Below are positions 12,892-28,200 of a stretch of DNA of 64,000 nt, in pieces. The stretch lies in the NCBI GenBank assembly GCA_964016885.1, contig OZ024742.1, forward strand, positions 138,818,001 to 138,882,000, read 5' to 3'. The translations under genes and the position numbers were made by a program. Numbering within the stretch: the first letter of the stretch is position 1; every line of letters starts with the position of its first letter. The notes under the pieces are model-generated. The model searched no databases. It had not been told where the DNA came from and saw only the letters and a list, made by a program, of their open reading frames with translations. The stretch is from Eledone cirrhosa. Lineage: Eukaryota.

Positions 12892-13955
12892 TTTTTTTTA
12901 AAGTTTTATTTCGTTTGTTGCATTTTATTATATTCTAGCTTCTCCCTCTCAGCTCCCTATAACTCTCTCTTCTTCCCCTTCCAGAACCGATTTTGGAAGA
13001 GATATGCCCTCTCTTTCTATTTTTAGCAGGCTTTGTAACCTCGTAAAGGCCCCATCTTTCACCGGCTCGTGCTGTAAGTAGATACGGCTTCATGGTATAC
13101 TTCACTGTGTGGAGGCGTGTGTGATATACTTCACTGTGTGAAGATTTTGAGCAAGTAACCTTGCTCTCAAGACAAGCCCAGGTCATGTACATTTATACAC
13201 CATACTCTTTGAATTGCCATGTTTGCTGGATAAGAGAAATAATGGATGGCGGCGCTACTTACTCTCCGTGTGCTTTTGGAGATCGGATAGTTTGATCTCC
13301 ATATCTGGTTGGTGTTACATTGGGAACTCCTTTAAAAGCTTACTTATGGATTTTACATTAGGGCTTCTCACGTCCCATGGGAAGCTCTGCCTAATGTCTT
13401 TGTAGGTTCCAAGGGACATTCGAAGTATCATTTAATTTTCTGGCACAAGTGTTTGTCCCGAAAATCTCCCCGTCTTTCTCGATATCTTTACTTAGTGATA
13501 GGATGGCCTGCAATTATTTGTTAGCCCTCTTCACTAGCACCAAATTTGGCATCTGTCGTGTTAGTTGTAGATGTGGTTGTAGTTGTGGTTGTTGTTGTGG
13601 TAATGTTGGTGGTAGAGTTGGTTGCATTGACGGTTGTTTTATTGGTAGGTTTGGTGTTGTTTTAGATATGTCTGTATTTGTTTTGGGTGTGTTTTCTACA
13701 TCTTCTAGTGTGTGTTGATGTGAGGCAAGATTATTTTGTTTGTATGTTTCCTTTTTTGTTTGTGGGGTATGGGATTTCCATCTTATTTTACTTCAAAATG
13801 AGGAGGCACCGGTGTCTGTGGATTGTGTCTCTGATTTAGCTGAGAGTGTGTTTGAGTTAGGGCGTGTATTTATGTGCGTGTTTGCGTTTAGAGAAGAAGA
13901 GATAGAGGGGGGGGGAGCTTCATTGGGAGACCCCTGTGTATTTCACGTTGTCGGT
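12892..13955 (-). mobile_element. Probable degraded LINE-derived (ORF1-like) insertion with an A-rich 3' end
   Basis: The minus strand is A/C-rich and coding-like, and ends in AATAAA followed by an A run (seen as tttttttt at 12892-12899). No diagnostic motif was recognised. Confidence 0.35.
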
Positions 13956-13985
13956 TGTTATAATAATAATAATAATAATAATAAT

Positions 13986-14397
13986 GGTTTCTCATATAGT
14001 CACAAGGCCAGTAGTTTTGAGGGAGGGTAAAGTCGATTAAATCGACCCCATCGCGTGACTGGTACTTTATTTTATCGACCCCGTAAGGATGAAAGGCAAA
14101 GTTAATCTCGGCGGGATTTGAACTCAGAACATAAAGGGCCATAATTCTATGCTGCAAACCATAGCATCTGACGCTCTACCAATACTGCCAATCTATATAA
14201 TTGTTTCTACTTTAGGCACCAGGCCAGCAATAACCCAGTACATTACTGGTACTTTATTTTATCGACCCCGTAAGGATGAAAGGCAAAGTTAACCTCGGCG
14301 GGATTTGAAATCAGACTGTAAAGGGACGTAACTATGCTAGAAAGCATGGCGTCCAACCCTCTACCGATACTGCCAATCCACCGCCCGTCTATATAAT
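13986..14397 (-). mobile_element. Two tandem SINE family A copies; the second has an apparent TSD tctatataat
   Basis: Copies at 13986-14193 and 14199-14386; tctatataat flanks the second copy on both sides. Confidence 0.85.
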
Positions 14398-15069
14398 AAT
14401 GTTTGTATTTTATTGTGGTATATTTTTCAGGATTGTCTCTATGGACTGAGGGACCGATGGATGGACTAATATATGATAACTTTCCCAATAAACAAGAATC
14501 AAACATGTATATACAATAGAGAGATTATCGATAACGAGATATCGACACCATGACAGATACACACGGTATAAATACGTTGCCTTATATAATGAGAAAGAGA
14601 GCGTGTGCTTGTGCGTATAGTTTTGCATGAACGCACACGTGCTAAGTAAAAAGGAGATGGGATGTGTGGAAGAGAGTGAAAGTGAGGAGGGGGGAAAGTG
14701 ATATAAAATTATATTTCTGTTCCTTAATGGGTGGTCTACTGATTAAAGTTTGTTGTTTTTCATGAGATGTAGTAATCCATTTGATGTTGTTACATTCTAT
14801 TTTCTAATATATTTTGTTGTAAATGACTTTATATGCATTTAGTTGAAAGAAAATAAATTGTTTCTATGTAGTTTCCTCTAATGAATGAATAAGAAAATAG
14901 ATTGTTTTTTGTCTAACAAAGGATAAAAAAAAATAGATTGTCCCTATGCTGGACATTCTAACAAGAGAACAAGCAAAGAAATTAATAAATATTGCCTTTC
15001 TATATAAGATACTCTAACGAATGGATAAGACAATAAGTAGTTTCTTTCTATGTAGTAATCTCTAATAAA

Positions 15070-15400
15070 TGGAGTTGCATGGTCCAGTGACAAGGGTGTG
15101 GCACACGTGATCATTAGGTTGTGAGTTCGATTCCCAGTTCTGGTAACGCGTTGTGTCCTTGAGCAAAACACTTTATTTCAGGTTGCTTCAGACAACTCAG
15201 CTGGCAAAAATGATTTGTACCTCTAACACACAAAGGTCCAGCTTTGCCGCAACGTGTATCCCACTGAATCTCCCTGAGAACTACATTAAGAGTACACATG
15301 TGGGTAGAATACTCAGTCATCATTTAATTTCAAGAGCAGGCTGTTCCATTATTCAAATAACTATAACACTCATCATCGGAATCGACGGAGGACCAACAAT
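15070..15400 (+). mobile_element. Second tRNA-derived SINE family (V-domain-like centre)
   Basis: A box-like tggtccagtg, B box gagttcgattccc, then gtgtccttgagcaaaacactt. Confidence 0.65.
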
Positions 15401-16002
15401 TACTAAGATAATAGCTACGTTGTTTCTATGTAACATATTCTAACAACTGATCAAGCAAATAAATCAATAAATAATCCGTTTCTATGTAGGATATCCTGAT
15501 GAATATATAAAATTTGAAATTATTTCGGTGCAAAATCGAAATCCAGACATTTTTACGACTTTCTTAACAACGCCAATAAAAAGAATGCACCAAATATGTG
15601 AAACTATCAATTGAATGGTAATTCAAAGGGATCTTCTATCCCTAGTTTAAGTCACGTTACTTCATTTACGTACAAAAATATAATGGCCATGGGGCAGCCC
15701 TAAATGCCAAAATATCTCGTTTCCTTTCCTTTGAAAATATAGGCCCTTGCACGTCGACAAAAAATAACAATAAAAAATGAAAAAAAAAAAAACGTCCTAT
15801 CATTCATGTAGTTACGAGAATGTTCTATGCTTATTGGCTTATGTTACTCATGTTACTTCTACATAAGTTATCAACTCACATAAAATAATAGTTATCGGTA
15901 GTTGGTGATGAGATTTTAAGTCAAGGAATGAAACGCTAAACGGTATGAGGATAAGGGTCCTTTCTGTCATGGTTGACAACGGGTTTACACCTAGAACATT
16001 GT

Positions 16003-16091
16003 ACTGCTGATTCTCCATAAAAACACCTTGCCTGGGCTTGTACCTCCGAGGTACAAGCCCAGGCAAGGTGTTTTTATGGAGAATCAGCAGT
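16003..16091. repeat. Perfect palindrome, 44-bp arms with a 1-nt spacer
   Basis: actgctgattctccataaaaacaccttgcctgggcttgtacctc-c-gaggtacaagcccaggcaaggtgtttttatggagaatcagcagt. Confidence 0.95.
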
Positions 16092-17077
16092 CATCCAGGC
16101 ACGTTATTCTCAACTCTCCAAACCACCGATGTTACCCAAGAAGAGGATAAATTCAATACCGCTTGGGACGGATGTCATCGTAACTATGAGCTTTATACCT
16201 TGCTCAAGACCGCAACCCACTGCCCAGTCCGGAAATCGTACCTATGACCACATAATTATGAGTTCAAACTCTATCCACCAAACCGTATATGTATCAATAT
16301 CTAATGTGTGTTTATAGGTGTCGATAGGTTTGACTGGTTGCTGATGAGAGCAAAGAATATCTAACATGATAGACAAAGGCTTTTTATTTAATTTCTTCGA
16401 ATTCTGAATAGTACCTCGTAGTTGTTGTTTAGTCTCACTCTCTTACTGCTACCCTCTCTCTGCTTGGACTAATTTGATTGCTGTGTTTTGCAAACCTAGA
16501 GTCATTAGAATTCTGTCGAAGTACATAGTATATTGTAAGTAGCATCTGATATATTCCACCATTTTGTTTTGATAAAACCGTTGTTTAGTATTGCTTAATC
16601 AAATTACTAAACATTCTCAGAAACCACAGGAGAATGTGTGTCAGAGCAACAGTGACAGCAGCAGCAGCAGCAACAACAACAGCAACAACAACAGCAACAA
16701 CAATAACAGCAGCAACAACAACAACAGGAGCAACAAGAGCAGCAGCAGCAGCAGCAGCAACAACGAGTGCAACAACAATAAGAACAGCAGAAGCAAGAAC
16801 AACAGTAGCTACAGCGACACAAGGTCAATGAAGGGTTCTCCATGTGGTTGATCATTCTGCTAGATATAGCAGCTGTATCTCCCACAAATCATACCCTATC
16901 GTTTTAAAAGAGGTAGGACACGTCGACAATATTATCTCTGATATACGTTTCTAATAATCATAGGTGTGTTCGGTTAGGGCAAGCCGGGGACTAAGCAGCA
17001 CGAACATCTTCAGCCACAAAAATCACCAACATGACCAGCTTATAACCACCACAACCACCACCATTACCACCACCACA

Positions 17078-17122
<45 letters not shown>

Positions 17123-17474
17123 GCTGCTGCTGCTACTACTGCTGCTGCTGCAACAACTACTACTAATACTACTTCTGTATGTGTGGACCTGTAACTCGTG
17201 ATAGAGTCGTAGGGGCTCGTTTTGGGGGTATTTAAACCTGTGGCAATCCGTTCCTCTTCAGCTTAAACAGCCGAGAAGAAAAAAGAATGCTAGAGAGACA
17301 GTGAGAAGAAATATACAAAGAATCGATCCTAGTATAACAGTGATGCATCTGGGGGTGGGGTTTGGGGGGGTTTCTCGATCTCGAAAGGATGAAAGGAAAA
17401 GTTGACCTCGACGGAATTTGAACTGGGAGAGCGCAAAGAGCAGGAACGAATATCGAAAATTATTGTATACAACG

Positions 17475-17640
17475 TAACTATGCTGGACGCCATGCTTTCC
17501 AGCATAGTTACGTCCCTTTACGGTCTGAGTTCAAATCCCGTCGAGGTTAACTTTGCCTTTCATCCTTACGGGGTCGATAAAATAAAGTACCAGTAATCTA
17601 CTGGGTAATTGATGGCCTTGTGCCAAAAGTAGAAACAATT
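17475..17640 (+). mobile_element. SINE family A copy, plus strand, rearranged 5' end
   Basis: B box gagttcaaatccc and body match. Confidence 0.8.
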
Positions 17641-17924
17641 TTTGTATACAACATTCTAACGACTTTCCGAATTTGCCTCCTCACAACAACTACTGCTGCT
17701 AGTCTACTGCTACTAGTACCATTAATTACTAATTTAGCTACGAGGTCAGTAAATTTGGAGGAAAACGCAAATTTGAGTAAATCCGACTGGTAATTTATTT
17801 TATCGATCAAGGGAGATTGAAAGGCAAAGGTGACCTCGGCGGGGCTTGAAATCAGAAGGTAAAGGGCTATAACTAATGCTGTAAAATATTGTCAGACGTT
17901 TAAACGATTTTGCCAATCGCCACC

Positions 17925-17963
<39 letters not shown>

Positions 17964-18204
17964 TTATTGTAACAATCTCCCCAAAGTTTCCAAATAATCT
18001 GATATTTACACCAGTCCTGTGGTCATATAAATCACATCGTTTGTATTTCAATATCAGTTCTAGAGTTTATTTGTTTTAGAACAGTGAACTTGCTATCACA
18101 CTCACTTTCATACACTCAATCATTCATACACGTATATTCTCATACTCTAGTCACAAACAACAACAGCTCCAATGAAACTCACGTTAACAAACACACATGT
18201 AAAT

Positions 18205-18272
<68 letters not shown>

Positions 18273-18342
18273 AACACACACATATATGAGACGAAGTTTA
18301 TTTATATGAACATTTCGTATATGATTTAATATAGAACCCCAG

Positions 18343-18410
<68 letters not shown>

Positions 18411-18468
18411 TATACATATATACATATACATATATATATATGCATATACATATATATAAATAATTTTA

Positions 18469-18513
<45 letters not shown>

Positions 18514-18567
18514 ATATATATACATATATATATATACATATATATGTATGTATATATATATATATAC

Positions 18568-18629
<62 letters not shown>

Positions 18630-18642
18630 TGTATATATATAT

Positions 18643-18715
<73 letters not shown>

Positions 18716-19192
18716 TATACGTATGCATGTTTCAGTATATTCACATGTTCCACCTACTGCTAGAGTAACAATAAATGCATTGTTTGGGTGGGGGGGGGGA
18801 GATCTTGCTTAGAATCAGTATGGGAATAACATAGCGCCTGCAACTTCCTCATACCACCCGCTTGCGCTTCAACTTTCAATCCACCACCACTATATTCTTC
18901 TTCTTCTTCTTCTTCTTCTTCTTCTTCTTCTTCTTCTTCTTCTTCTTCTTCTTTATCATCATCATCGCCATCGTCATCTACATCGTCAGGTCGCCCTCAG
19001 ATAATTACACCCAAGCAATAATGTATCGCAGAAGGTAACGATTTACTGTCATCTTGTTTTATTTGTCCCAAGACCAACAACAACGACGACCAAGACATTG
19101 ATGACGTGAGCGACCTATATTAATTGTGACACACAACACTACATAAGTAGAAAACAGCAAGAAAAAAAAGACAAAAACATTAAGTTAAATAA

Positions 19193-20092
19193 CAATTGTT
19201 TCTACTTTAGCCACAAGGCCATCAATTTGAATGGAAAGGAAAAGTCGATTAAAGCAAGCCAATGCATTACTGGTACTTTATTTTATCAACCCAATAGGTT
19301 AACCTAAGAAAGTAACTCAAAACGTAAAACTCAGTCGTAAATCATTCCCGCAAAACATTTTAGTCTGACGCTCTAATGATTCGGCCAGTCCACCGAATTT
19401 CATGTATTTGCCACAAGGGCACCTGATGATAGGAACATCACAAGAATAGGTTACATAGAATGTCGTGGTTTAAATGGAGATGGATGATTGGAAAAAATAA
19501 AAATAACATATCTCCTCCTCATCATAGTAATAATTGTTTCTACTTTTGGCACAAGATCAGCAATTATGTCAGTGCATTACTGGTACTTTATTTTATCGAC
19601 CCCGTAAGGATGAAAGGGAAAGTTGACCTCGGCAGGATTTGAACTCAGACCGTAAAGGGCTTTAACTCTATGCCTCAAAGCGATCCAATAATGGTTTCTG
19701 ATTTAGTCTCCAGACCAACAATGTTGGGGGAAAGAGAAAGTCGATTAGTCAATCCCAGTACATTATTGAACTTTATTTTATTGACGCCGGAAAGATGAAA
19801 ATCGAAGTTAATCCCGGCAGGATTTGAACTTCAAACGTAAAGGGACGTAACTATATGCCTCAAAGCTCTACCGATACTTCTAATCCGCCGCCCTTAATAA
19901 TTATAACAATAATTGTTTCTACTTTAGGCACAAAGTCAACAATTTAAAGGGGATTGGAAAGTCGATCAAATCGACCCCAGTGCATTACTGGTACTTTATT
20001 TCATCTACACCCTAAGGATGAAAGGCAAAGCTAACCTCGGCGGGATTTGAATACAGAACGTAAAGGGCTATAACTCTATGCTGCAAAGCATA
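19193..20092 (-). mobile_element. Cluster of four SINE family A copies of varying divergence
   Basis: Copies start near 19193, 19532, 19692 and 19911, each with the shared tgtttct..ttt.g.cacaa and actttatttt motifs. Confidence 0.8.
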
Positions 20093-20739
20093 ATAATAAT
20101 AATTGTGGGTTTTCTTGACTTTAGTTAGTCTTAGTCTGCAGATAACCAGATGTTAATCGGTTGACACCTCAGCCTTTACCATGAAAGTCTAGCATAAAAT
20201 CGATGGGATCAGAGACAATTAAGCAAACCAATTACTGATCGCTGCCTCTAATTTCCATTATATCATGTATATTTATGGATTTCTTTGTGCTGGAAGAAGG
20301 TGTTCATAATAGAGAGACCATTATTAGAACAATGCTTCTCCGTTCGGATTTAGATCACTGTCACTGTTCCTCCTAATCACTCCTCTCTATGTCAGATGAT
20401 TGGTGCCGACATCTGCATTGAAATCTCCCAATAGGATATAGGACTCAATTGTAACTATATCTAACGCTGCAGTGACTTAAAGGAAGGATCCGTATTCGGA
20501 CTCTCTGATGCATAAACTTGCACCATCCACACATATCTTTCGACCTAGGATACAGGAAGCAAATCGTCCTTTCCAAAGGTATCCATTCCCTAACACATTC
20601 CTACAACCGGAGACTTATTAGTATCCCCAGTCCCGACTTGGAATTTTCTTTTCTGGCCTCAGGCCTGAATAATAGAGCTTGCATTCTCCATCCAAATTTA
20701 CGGTACCAGAGCAACGGTACTTTCTTACATGTGAAAAGG

Positions 20740-21370
20740 GTAGGTTATGTTATCTCCTGGTGTCCAGAGATGGCAAAACCTGACTATTTCGAAAGACACA
20801 ATCGCATAGCTAAATATGTGCGCTGGATTCACTACCGCTCTCATGACATCCAAACTTCTAACAAATATGAACATCAACCAAAAGCAGTCATGTAAAAGGG
20901 CAACATATCCATCTTGTACGATATGCTGTGATAACCGACCGAGAAATCGCTGCCAACAGACCAGATATCATCATTAAAAAAACAGATCGGACATGTAGCC
21001 TTATAGATATTTCCGTACCAGCTGACAAGAATACATCTATAAAAATAATGAAAAAACAGTCAAAATACAAAGACCTGGAAATAAAGATCAACCGCATGTG
21101 GAAAATGACCACAAACACTATCACTGTAATAATAGGAGCATTAGGATTGATATCCAAATCATCAGACCTGCATCTTAGCGTCCTTCCCTGCAAGATCTGC
21201 AAATATGAGCTACAGAAGATCGGGCTCCTAAAAACAGCACACATTCTCATACGAGTTCTCTCTCTACAATGAAATCATTTATTGCCCTAGGTTCAAGACC
21301 TGAAACCGGCAATAGAGAAACAGAACTGAGCTAAACAAAATAACACAATAATAATGATAATAATAATAAT
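20740..21370 (+). mobile_element. Third 5'-truncated R4/Dong-type fragment
   Basis: HV-like ISWCP..YFERHNRIAKY, RPDIIIKK..LIDISVPAD..KYKDLEI..VIIGALG, then a 3' UTR and (AAT)n at ~21348-21370. Confidence 0.8.
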
Positions 21371-21489
21371 TGTTTCTACTTTTGGCATAAGGCCAGCAAT
21401 TACCACAGTGCATTACTGGTACTTTATTTTATCGACCCCGTAAGGATTAATTATAATGATTACGATGACGATGATGATGAAGACGATAA

Positions 21490-21949
21490 TTTCTTTTATA
21501 GGACACAAGTGCAGTGTTTGCATCAATTATAGGAAAGGGAACCTCACCAGAGAAAACATTATAAATAACAATAATAGAAATTGTAATAAATATATATAAC
21601 AATAGAAAACAATAAATGTTAACAAGGATATGCTGTCTTCCCACACTTAAGGGTAATTCGATGAAGAATCCCCTCACAAAACCCCAGTTTACTCTCTTGC
21701 CTTCACTTTCCTCTTTAAGTAGAACTTGAAGAAGTTTATGAAGTCTTGGCCGGAGAGAAAGAATTGTGGTGTCTCCCTTGTAATAAAAATAGTAATAAAG
21801 AAGAAGAAGAAGAAGAAGTAGAAGAAGAAGAAGAAGAAGAAGAAGAAGAAGAAGAAGAAGAAGAAGAAGAAGAAGAAGAAGAAGAAGAAGAAGAAGAAGA
21901 AGAAGAAGAAGAAGAAGAAGAAGAAGAAGAAGAAGAAGAAGAAGAAGAA
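21490..21949 (-). mobile_element. Tx1-type 3' fragment plus (AAT)-(GAA)n block, sharing its junction with 11660-11883
   Basis: cactttcctctttaagtagaacttgaag...tctcccttgtaataa.aatagtaataaagaagaa is nearly identical in both places. Confidence 0.65.
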
Positions 21950-22205
21950 AGGGATTATAAATTAAAGCACAATGGCTGTGGGACGAAAATGGTGGGGGGG
22001 TGCATGGTCGGAGGTAGTTGTGGTAAACGAGAACTGTGAAACAATATATTGATTTCCGTGGAGGTTGTCTGTTGAGCTACGGGTTTAATGACGGAATAAC
22101 TGATAAAAGAAAATAAAAATAAAAGGAAAGGAAATATACCGGAAATATAAACACAGAAAAATGAACTAAGAAAAAAAAATGAAAGATTCTTGATGTGGCG
22201 GATCG

Positions 22206-25200
22206 AATATCTCATTGATGTAGCGTGTTGTGAACTATCGCAATATCACATTGATGTAGCGTGTTGTGAACTATCACAATATCTCATTGATGTAGCGTGT
22301 TGTGAACTATTACAATATCTCATTGATGTAGCGTGTTGTGAACTATGATAATATCACATTGATGTAGCGTGTTGTGAACTATCACAATATCTCATTGATG
22401 TAGCGTGTTGTGAACTATCGCAATATCTCATTGATGTAGCGTGTTGTGAACTATCACAATATCACATTGATGTAGCGTGTTGTAAACTATCGCAATATCA
22501 GATTGATATAGTGTGTTGTGAACATTCACAATATGTCATTGATGTAGCGTGTTGTGAACTATCACAATATCTCATTGATGTAGCGTGTTGTGAACTATCA
22601 CAATATCACATTGATGTAGCGTGTTGTGAAATATCGCAATATCTCATTGATGTAGCGTGTTGTGAATTATCGCAATATCAGATTGAAATAGTGTGTTGTG
22701 AACTATCGCAATATGTCATTGATGTAGAGTGTTGTGAAATATCACACTATCTCATTGATGTAGTGTGTTGTGAACTATCACAATATCACATTGATGTAGC
22801 GTGTTGTGAACTATCACAATATACATTGATGTAGTGTGTTGTGAATTATCGCAATATCAGATTGATATAGTGTGTTGTTAACTATCGCAATAGCACATTG
22901 ATGTAGCGTGTTGTGAACTATCACACTATCTCATTGATATAGTGTGTTGTGAACTATCGCAATATCAGATTGATATAGTGTGTTGTGAACTATCACAATA
23001 TCTCATTGATGTAGCGTGTTGTTTACTATCACAATATCACATTGATGTAGCGTGTTGTAAACTATCGCAATATCAGATTGATATAGTGTGTTGTGAACTA
23101 TCACAATATCACATTGATGTAGCGTGTTGTGAACCATCGCAATATCACATTGATGTAGCGTGTTGTAAACTATCGCCACATCACATTGATGTATCGTGTT
23201 GTGAAGTATCGCAATATCACATTGATGTAGTGTGTTGTGAACTATCACAATATCTCATTGATGTAGTGTGTTGTGAACTATCGCAATATCACATTGATGT
23301 AACGTGTTGCGAACTATCACAATATGTCATTGATATAGTGTGTTGTGAATTACCACAATATCACATTGATGTAGCGTGTTGTGAACTATCGCAATATCAC
23401 ATTGATGTAGCGTGTTGTGAACTATCGCAATATCACATTGATGTAGCGTGTTGTGAACTATCTCAATATTTCATTGATTTAGCGTGATGTGAACTAGCGC
23501 AATATCACATTGAAGTAGTGTGTTGTGAACTATCGCAATATCACATTGATGTAGCGTGTTGTGAACTATCTCAATATCTCATTGATTTAGCGTGATGTGA
23601 ACTAGCGCAATATCACATTGATGTAGCGTGTTGTGAACTATCGCAATATCACATTGATGTAGCGTGTTGTGAACTATCTCAATATCTCATTGATTTAGCG
23701 TGATGTGAACTAGCGCAATATCACATTGATGTAGCGTGTTGTGAACTATCACAATATGTCATTGATTATCGTGTTATGAACTATGGCAATATCTCATTGA
23801 TGGAGCACGTTGCGAACTATCGCAATATCATATTGATGTAGCGTATTGTGAACCAGCACAATATCACATTTATGTAGTGTGTTGTGAACTATCGCAATAT
23901 CTCATTGATGTATGTGTTATGAACTAACTCAATATCTCATTGATGTAGCGTGTTGTGAACTATAACAATATGTCATTCATGTAGTGTGTTGTGAACTATC
24001 GAAGTATCGCAATATCTCATTGATGTAGTGTGTTGTGAATTATCGCAATATCAGATGGATGTAGTGTGTTGTGAACTATCACAATATCTCAATGATATAA
24101 CGTGTTGTGAACTATCACAATATCATATTGATGTAGCGTGTCGTGAACCATCGCAATATCACATTGATGTATTGTGTTGTGAACCATCACAATATCACAT
24201 TGATGTAGCGTATTGTGAACCATCGCAATATCACATTGATGTAGTGTGTAGTGAATTATCGCAATATCTCATTGATATAGCGTGTTGTGAACTATCGCAA
24301 TATCTCATTGATGTAGTGTGTTGTGAACTATCATAATATGTCATGGATGTGGCGTGCTGTGAACTATCGCAATATCACATTAATGTAGCGTGTTGTGAAC
24401 TATCGCAATATCTCATTGATGTAGTGTGTTGTGAACTATCGCAATATCTCATTGATGTAGTGTGTTGTGAACTATCGCAATATCTCATTGATGTAGCGTG
24501 TTTTGAACTATCGCAATATCACATTGATGTAGCGTGTTGTGAACTATCGCAATATCTGATTGATGTAGTGTGTTGAGAATTATCACAATATGTCATTGAT
24601 GTAGCGTGTTGTGAACTAGCGCAATATCTGATTGATGTATCGTGTTGTGAAGTATCGCAATATGACATTGATGTAGTGTGTTGTGAACTATCGCAATATC
24701 ACATTGATGTAGCGTGTTTTGAACTATCGCAATATCACATTGATGTAGCGTGTTGTGAACTATCGCAATATCTGATTGATCTAGTGTGTTGAGAATTATC
24801 ACAATATGTCATTGATGTAGCGTGTTGTGAACTAGCGCAATATCTCATTGATGTAGCGTGTTGTGAACTATTACAATATCTCATTGATGTAGCGTGTTGT
24901 GAACTATTACAATATCTCATTGATGTAGCGTGTTGTGAACTATCACAATATCTCATTGATGTAGCGTGTTGTGAACTATGATAATATCACATTGATGTAG
25001 CGTGTTGTGAACTATCACAATATCTCATTGATGTAGCGTGTTGTGAACTATCGCAATATCTCATTGATGTAGCGTGTTGTGAACTATCACAATATCACAT
25101 TGATGTAGCGTGTTGTAAACTATCGCAATATCAGATTGATATAGTGTGTTGTGAACTATCACAATATGTCATTGATGTAGCGTGTTGTGAACTATCACAA

Positions 25201-28200
25201 TATCTCATTGATGTAGCGTGTTGTGAACTATCACAATATCACATTGATGTAGCGTGTTGTGAAATATCGCAATATCTCATTGATGTAGCGTGTTGTGAAT
25301 TATCGCAATATCAGATTGATATAGTGTGTTGTGAACTATCGCAATATGTCATTGATGTAGAGTGTTGTGAAATATCACACTATCTCATTGATGTAGTGTG
25401 TTGTGAACTATCACAATATCACATTGATGTAGCGTGTTGTGAACTATCACAATATACATTGATGTAGTGTGTTGTGAATTATCGCAATATCAGATTGATA
25501 TAGTGTGTTGTTAACTATCGCAATAGCACATTGCTGTAGCGTGTTGTGAACTATCACACTATCTCATTGATATAGTGTGTTGTGAACTATCGCAATATCA
25601 GATTGATATAGTGTGTTGTGAACTATCACAATATCTCATTGATGTAGCGTGTTGTTTACTATCACAATATCACATTGATGTAGCGTGTTGTAAACTATCG
25701 CAATATCAGATTGATATAGTGTGTTGTGAACTATCACAATATCACATTGATGTAGCGTGTTGTGAACCATCGCAATATCACATTGATGTAGCGTGTTGTA
25801 AACTATCGCCACATCACATTGATGTATCGTGTTGTGAAGTATCGCAATATCACATTGATGTAGTGTGTTGTGAACTATCACAATATCTCATTGATGTAGT
25901 GTGTTGTGAACTATCGCAATATCACATTGATGTAACGTGTTGCGAACTATCACAATATGTCATTGATATAGTGTGTTGTGAATTACCACAATATCACATT
26001 GATGTAGCGTGTTGTGAACTATCGCAATATCACATTGATGTAGCGTGTTGTGAACTATCGCAATATCACATTGATGTAGCGTGTTGTGAACTATCTCAAT
26101 ATTTCATTGATTTAGCGTGATGTGAACTAGCGCAATATCACATTGAAGTAGTGTGTTGTGAACTATCGCAATATCACATTGATGTAGCGTGTTGTGAACT
26201 ATCTCAATATCTCATTGATTTAGCGTGATGTGAACTAGCGCAATATCACATTGATGTAGCGTGTTGTGAACTATCGCAATATCACATTGATGTAGCGTGT
26301 TGTGAACTATCTCAATATCTCATTGATTTAGCGTGATGTGAACTAGCGCAATATCACATTGATGTAGCGTGTTGTGAACTATCACAATATGTCATTGATT
26401 ATCGTGTTATGAACTATGGCAATATCTCATTGATGGAGCACGTTGCGAACTATCGCAATATCATATTGATGTAGCGTATTGTGAACCAGCACAATATCAC
26501 ATTTATGTAGTGTGTTGTGAACTATCGCAATATCTCATTGATGTATGTGTTATGAACTAACTCAATATCTCATTGATGTAGCGTGTTGTGAACTATAACA
26601 ATATGTCATTCATGTAGTGTGTTGTGAACTATCGAAGTATCGCAATATCTCATTGATGTAGTGTGTTGTGAATTATCGCAATATCAGATGGATGTAGTGT
26701 GTTGTGAACTATCACAATATCTCAATGATATAACGTGTTGTGAACTATCACAATATCATATTGATGTAGCGTGTCGTGAACCATCGCAATATCACATTGA
26801 TGTATTGTGTTGTGAACCATCACAATATCACATTGATGTAGCGTATTGTGAACCATCGCAATATCACATTGATGTAGTGTGTAGTGAATTATCGCAATAT
26901 CTCATTGATATAGCGTGTTGTGAACTATCGCAATATCTCATTGATGTAGTGTGTTGTGAACTATCATAATATGTCATGGATGTGGCGTGCTGTGAACTAT
27001 CGCAATATCACATTAATGTAGCGTGTTGTGAACTATCGCAATATCTCATTGATGTAGTGTGTTGTGAACTATCGCAATATCTCATTGATGTAGTGTGTTG
27101 TGAACTATCGCAATATCTCATTGATGTAGCGTGTTTTGAACTATCGCAATATCACATTGATGTAGCGTGTTGTGAACTATCGCAATATCTGATTGATGTA
27201 GTGTGTTGAGAATTATCACAATATGTCATTGATGTAGCGTGTTGTGAACTAGCGCAATATCTGATTGATGTATCGTGTTGTGAAGTATCGCAATATGACA
27301 TTGATGTAGTGTGTTGTGAACTATCGCAATATCACATTGATGTAGCGTGTTTTGAACTATCGCAATATCACATTGATGTAGCGTGTTGTGAACTATCGCA
27401 ATATCTGATTGATCTAGTGTGTTGAGAATTATCACAATATGTCATTGATGTAGCGTGTTGTGAACTAGCGCAATATCTCATTGATGTAGCGTGTTGTGAA
27501 CTATTACAATATCTCATTGATGTAGCGTGTTGTGAACTATTACAATATCTCATTGATGTAGCGTGTTGTGAACTATCACAATATCACATTGATGTAGCGT
27601 GTTGTGAACTATGATAATATCACATTGATGTAGCGTGTTGTGAACTATCACAATATCTCATTGAAGTAGCGTGTTGTGAACTATCGCAATATCTCATTGT
27701 TGTAGCGTGTTGTGAACTATCGCAATATCTCATTGATGTAGCGTGTTGTGAACTATCGCAATATCACATTGATGTAGCATGTTGTGAACTATCACAATAT
27801 CTCATTGATGTAGCGTGTTGTAAACTATCGCAATATCAGATTGATATAGTGTGTTGTGAACTATCACAATATGTCATTGATGTAGCGTGTTGTGAAATAT
27901 CACACTATCTCATTGATGTAGTGTGTTGTGAACTATCACAATATCACATTGATGTAGCGTGTTGTGAACTATCACAATATACATTGATGTAGTGTGTTGT
28001 GAATTATCGCAATATCAGATTGATATAGTGTGTTGTTAACTATCGCAATAGCACATTGATGTAGCGTGTTGTGAACTATCACAATATCACATTGATGTAG
28101 CGTGTTGTGAACTATCACAATATCACATTGATGTAGCGTGTGGTGAACTATCGAAATATCACATTGATGTAGCGTGTTGTGAACTATCACAAAATTTCAT

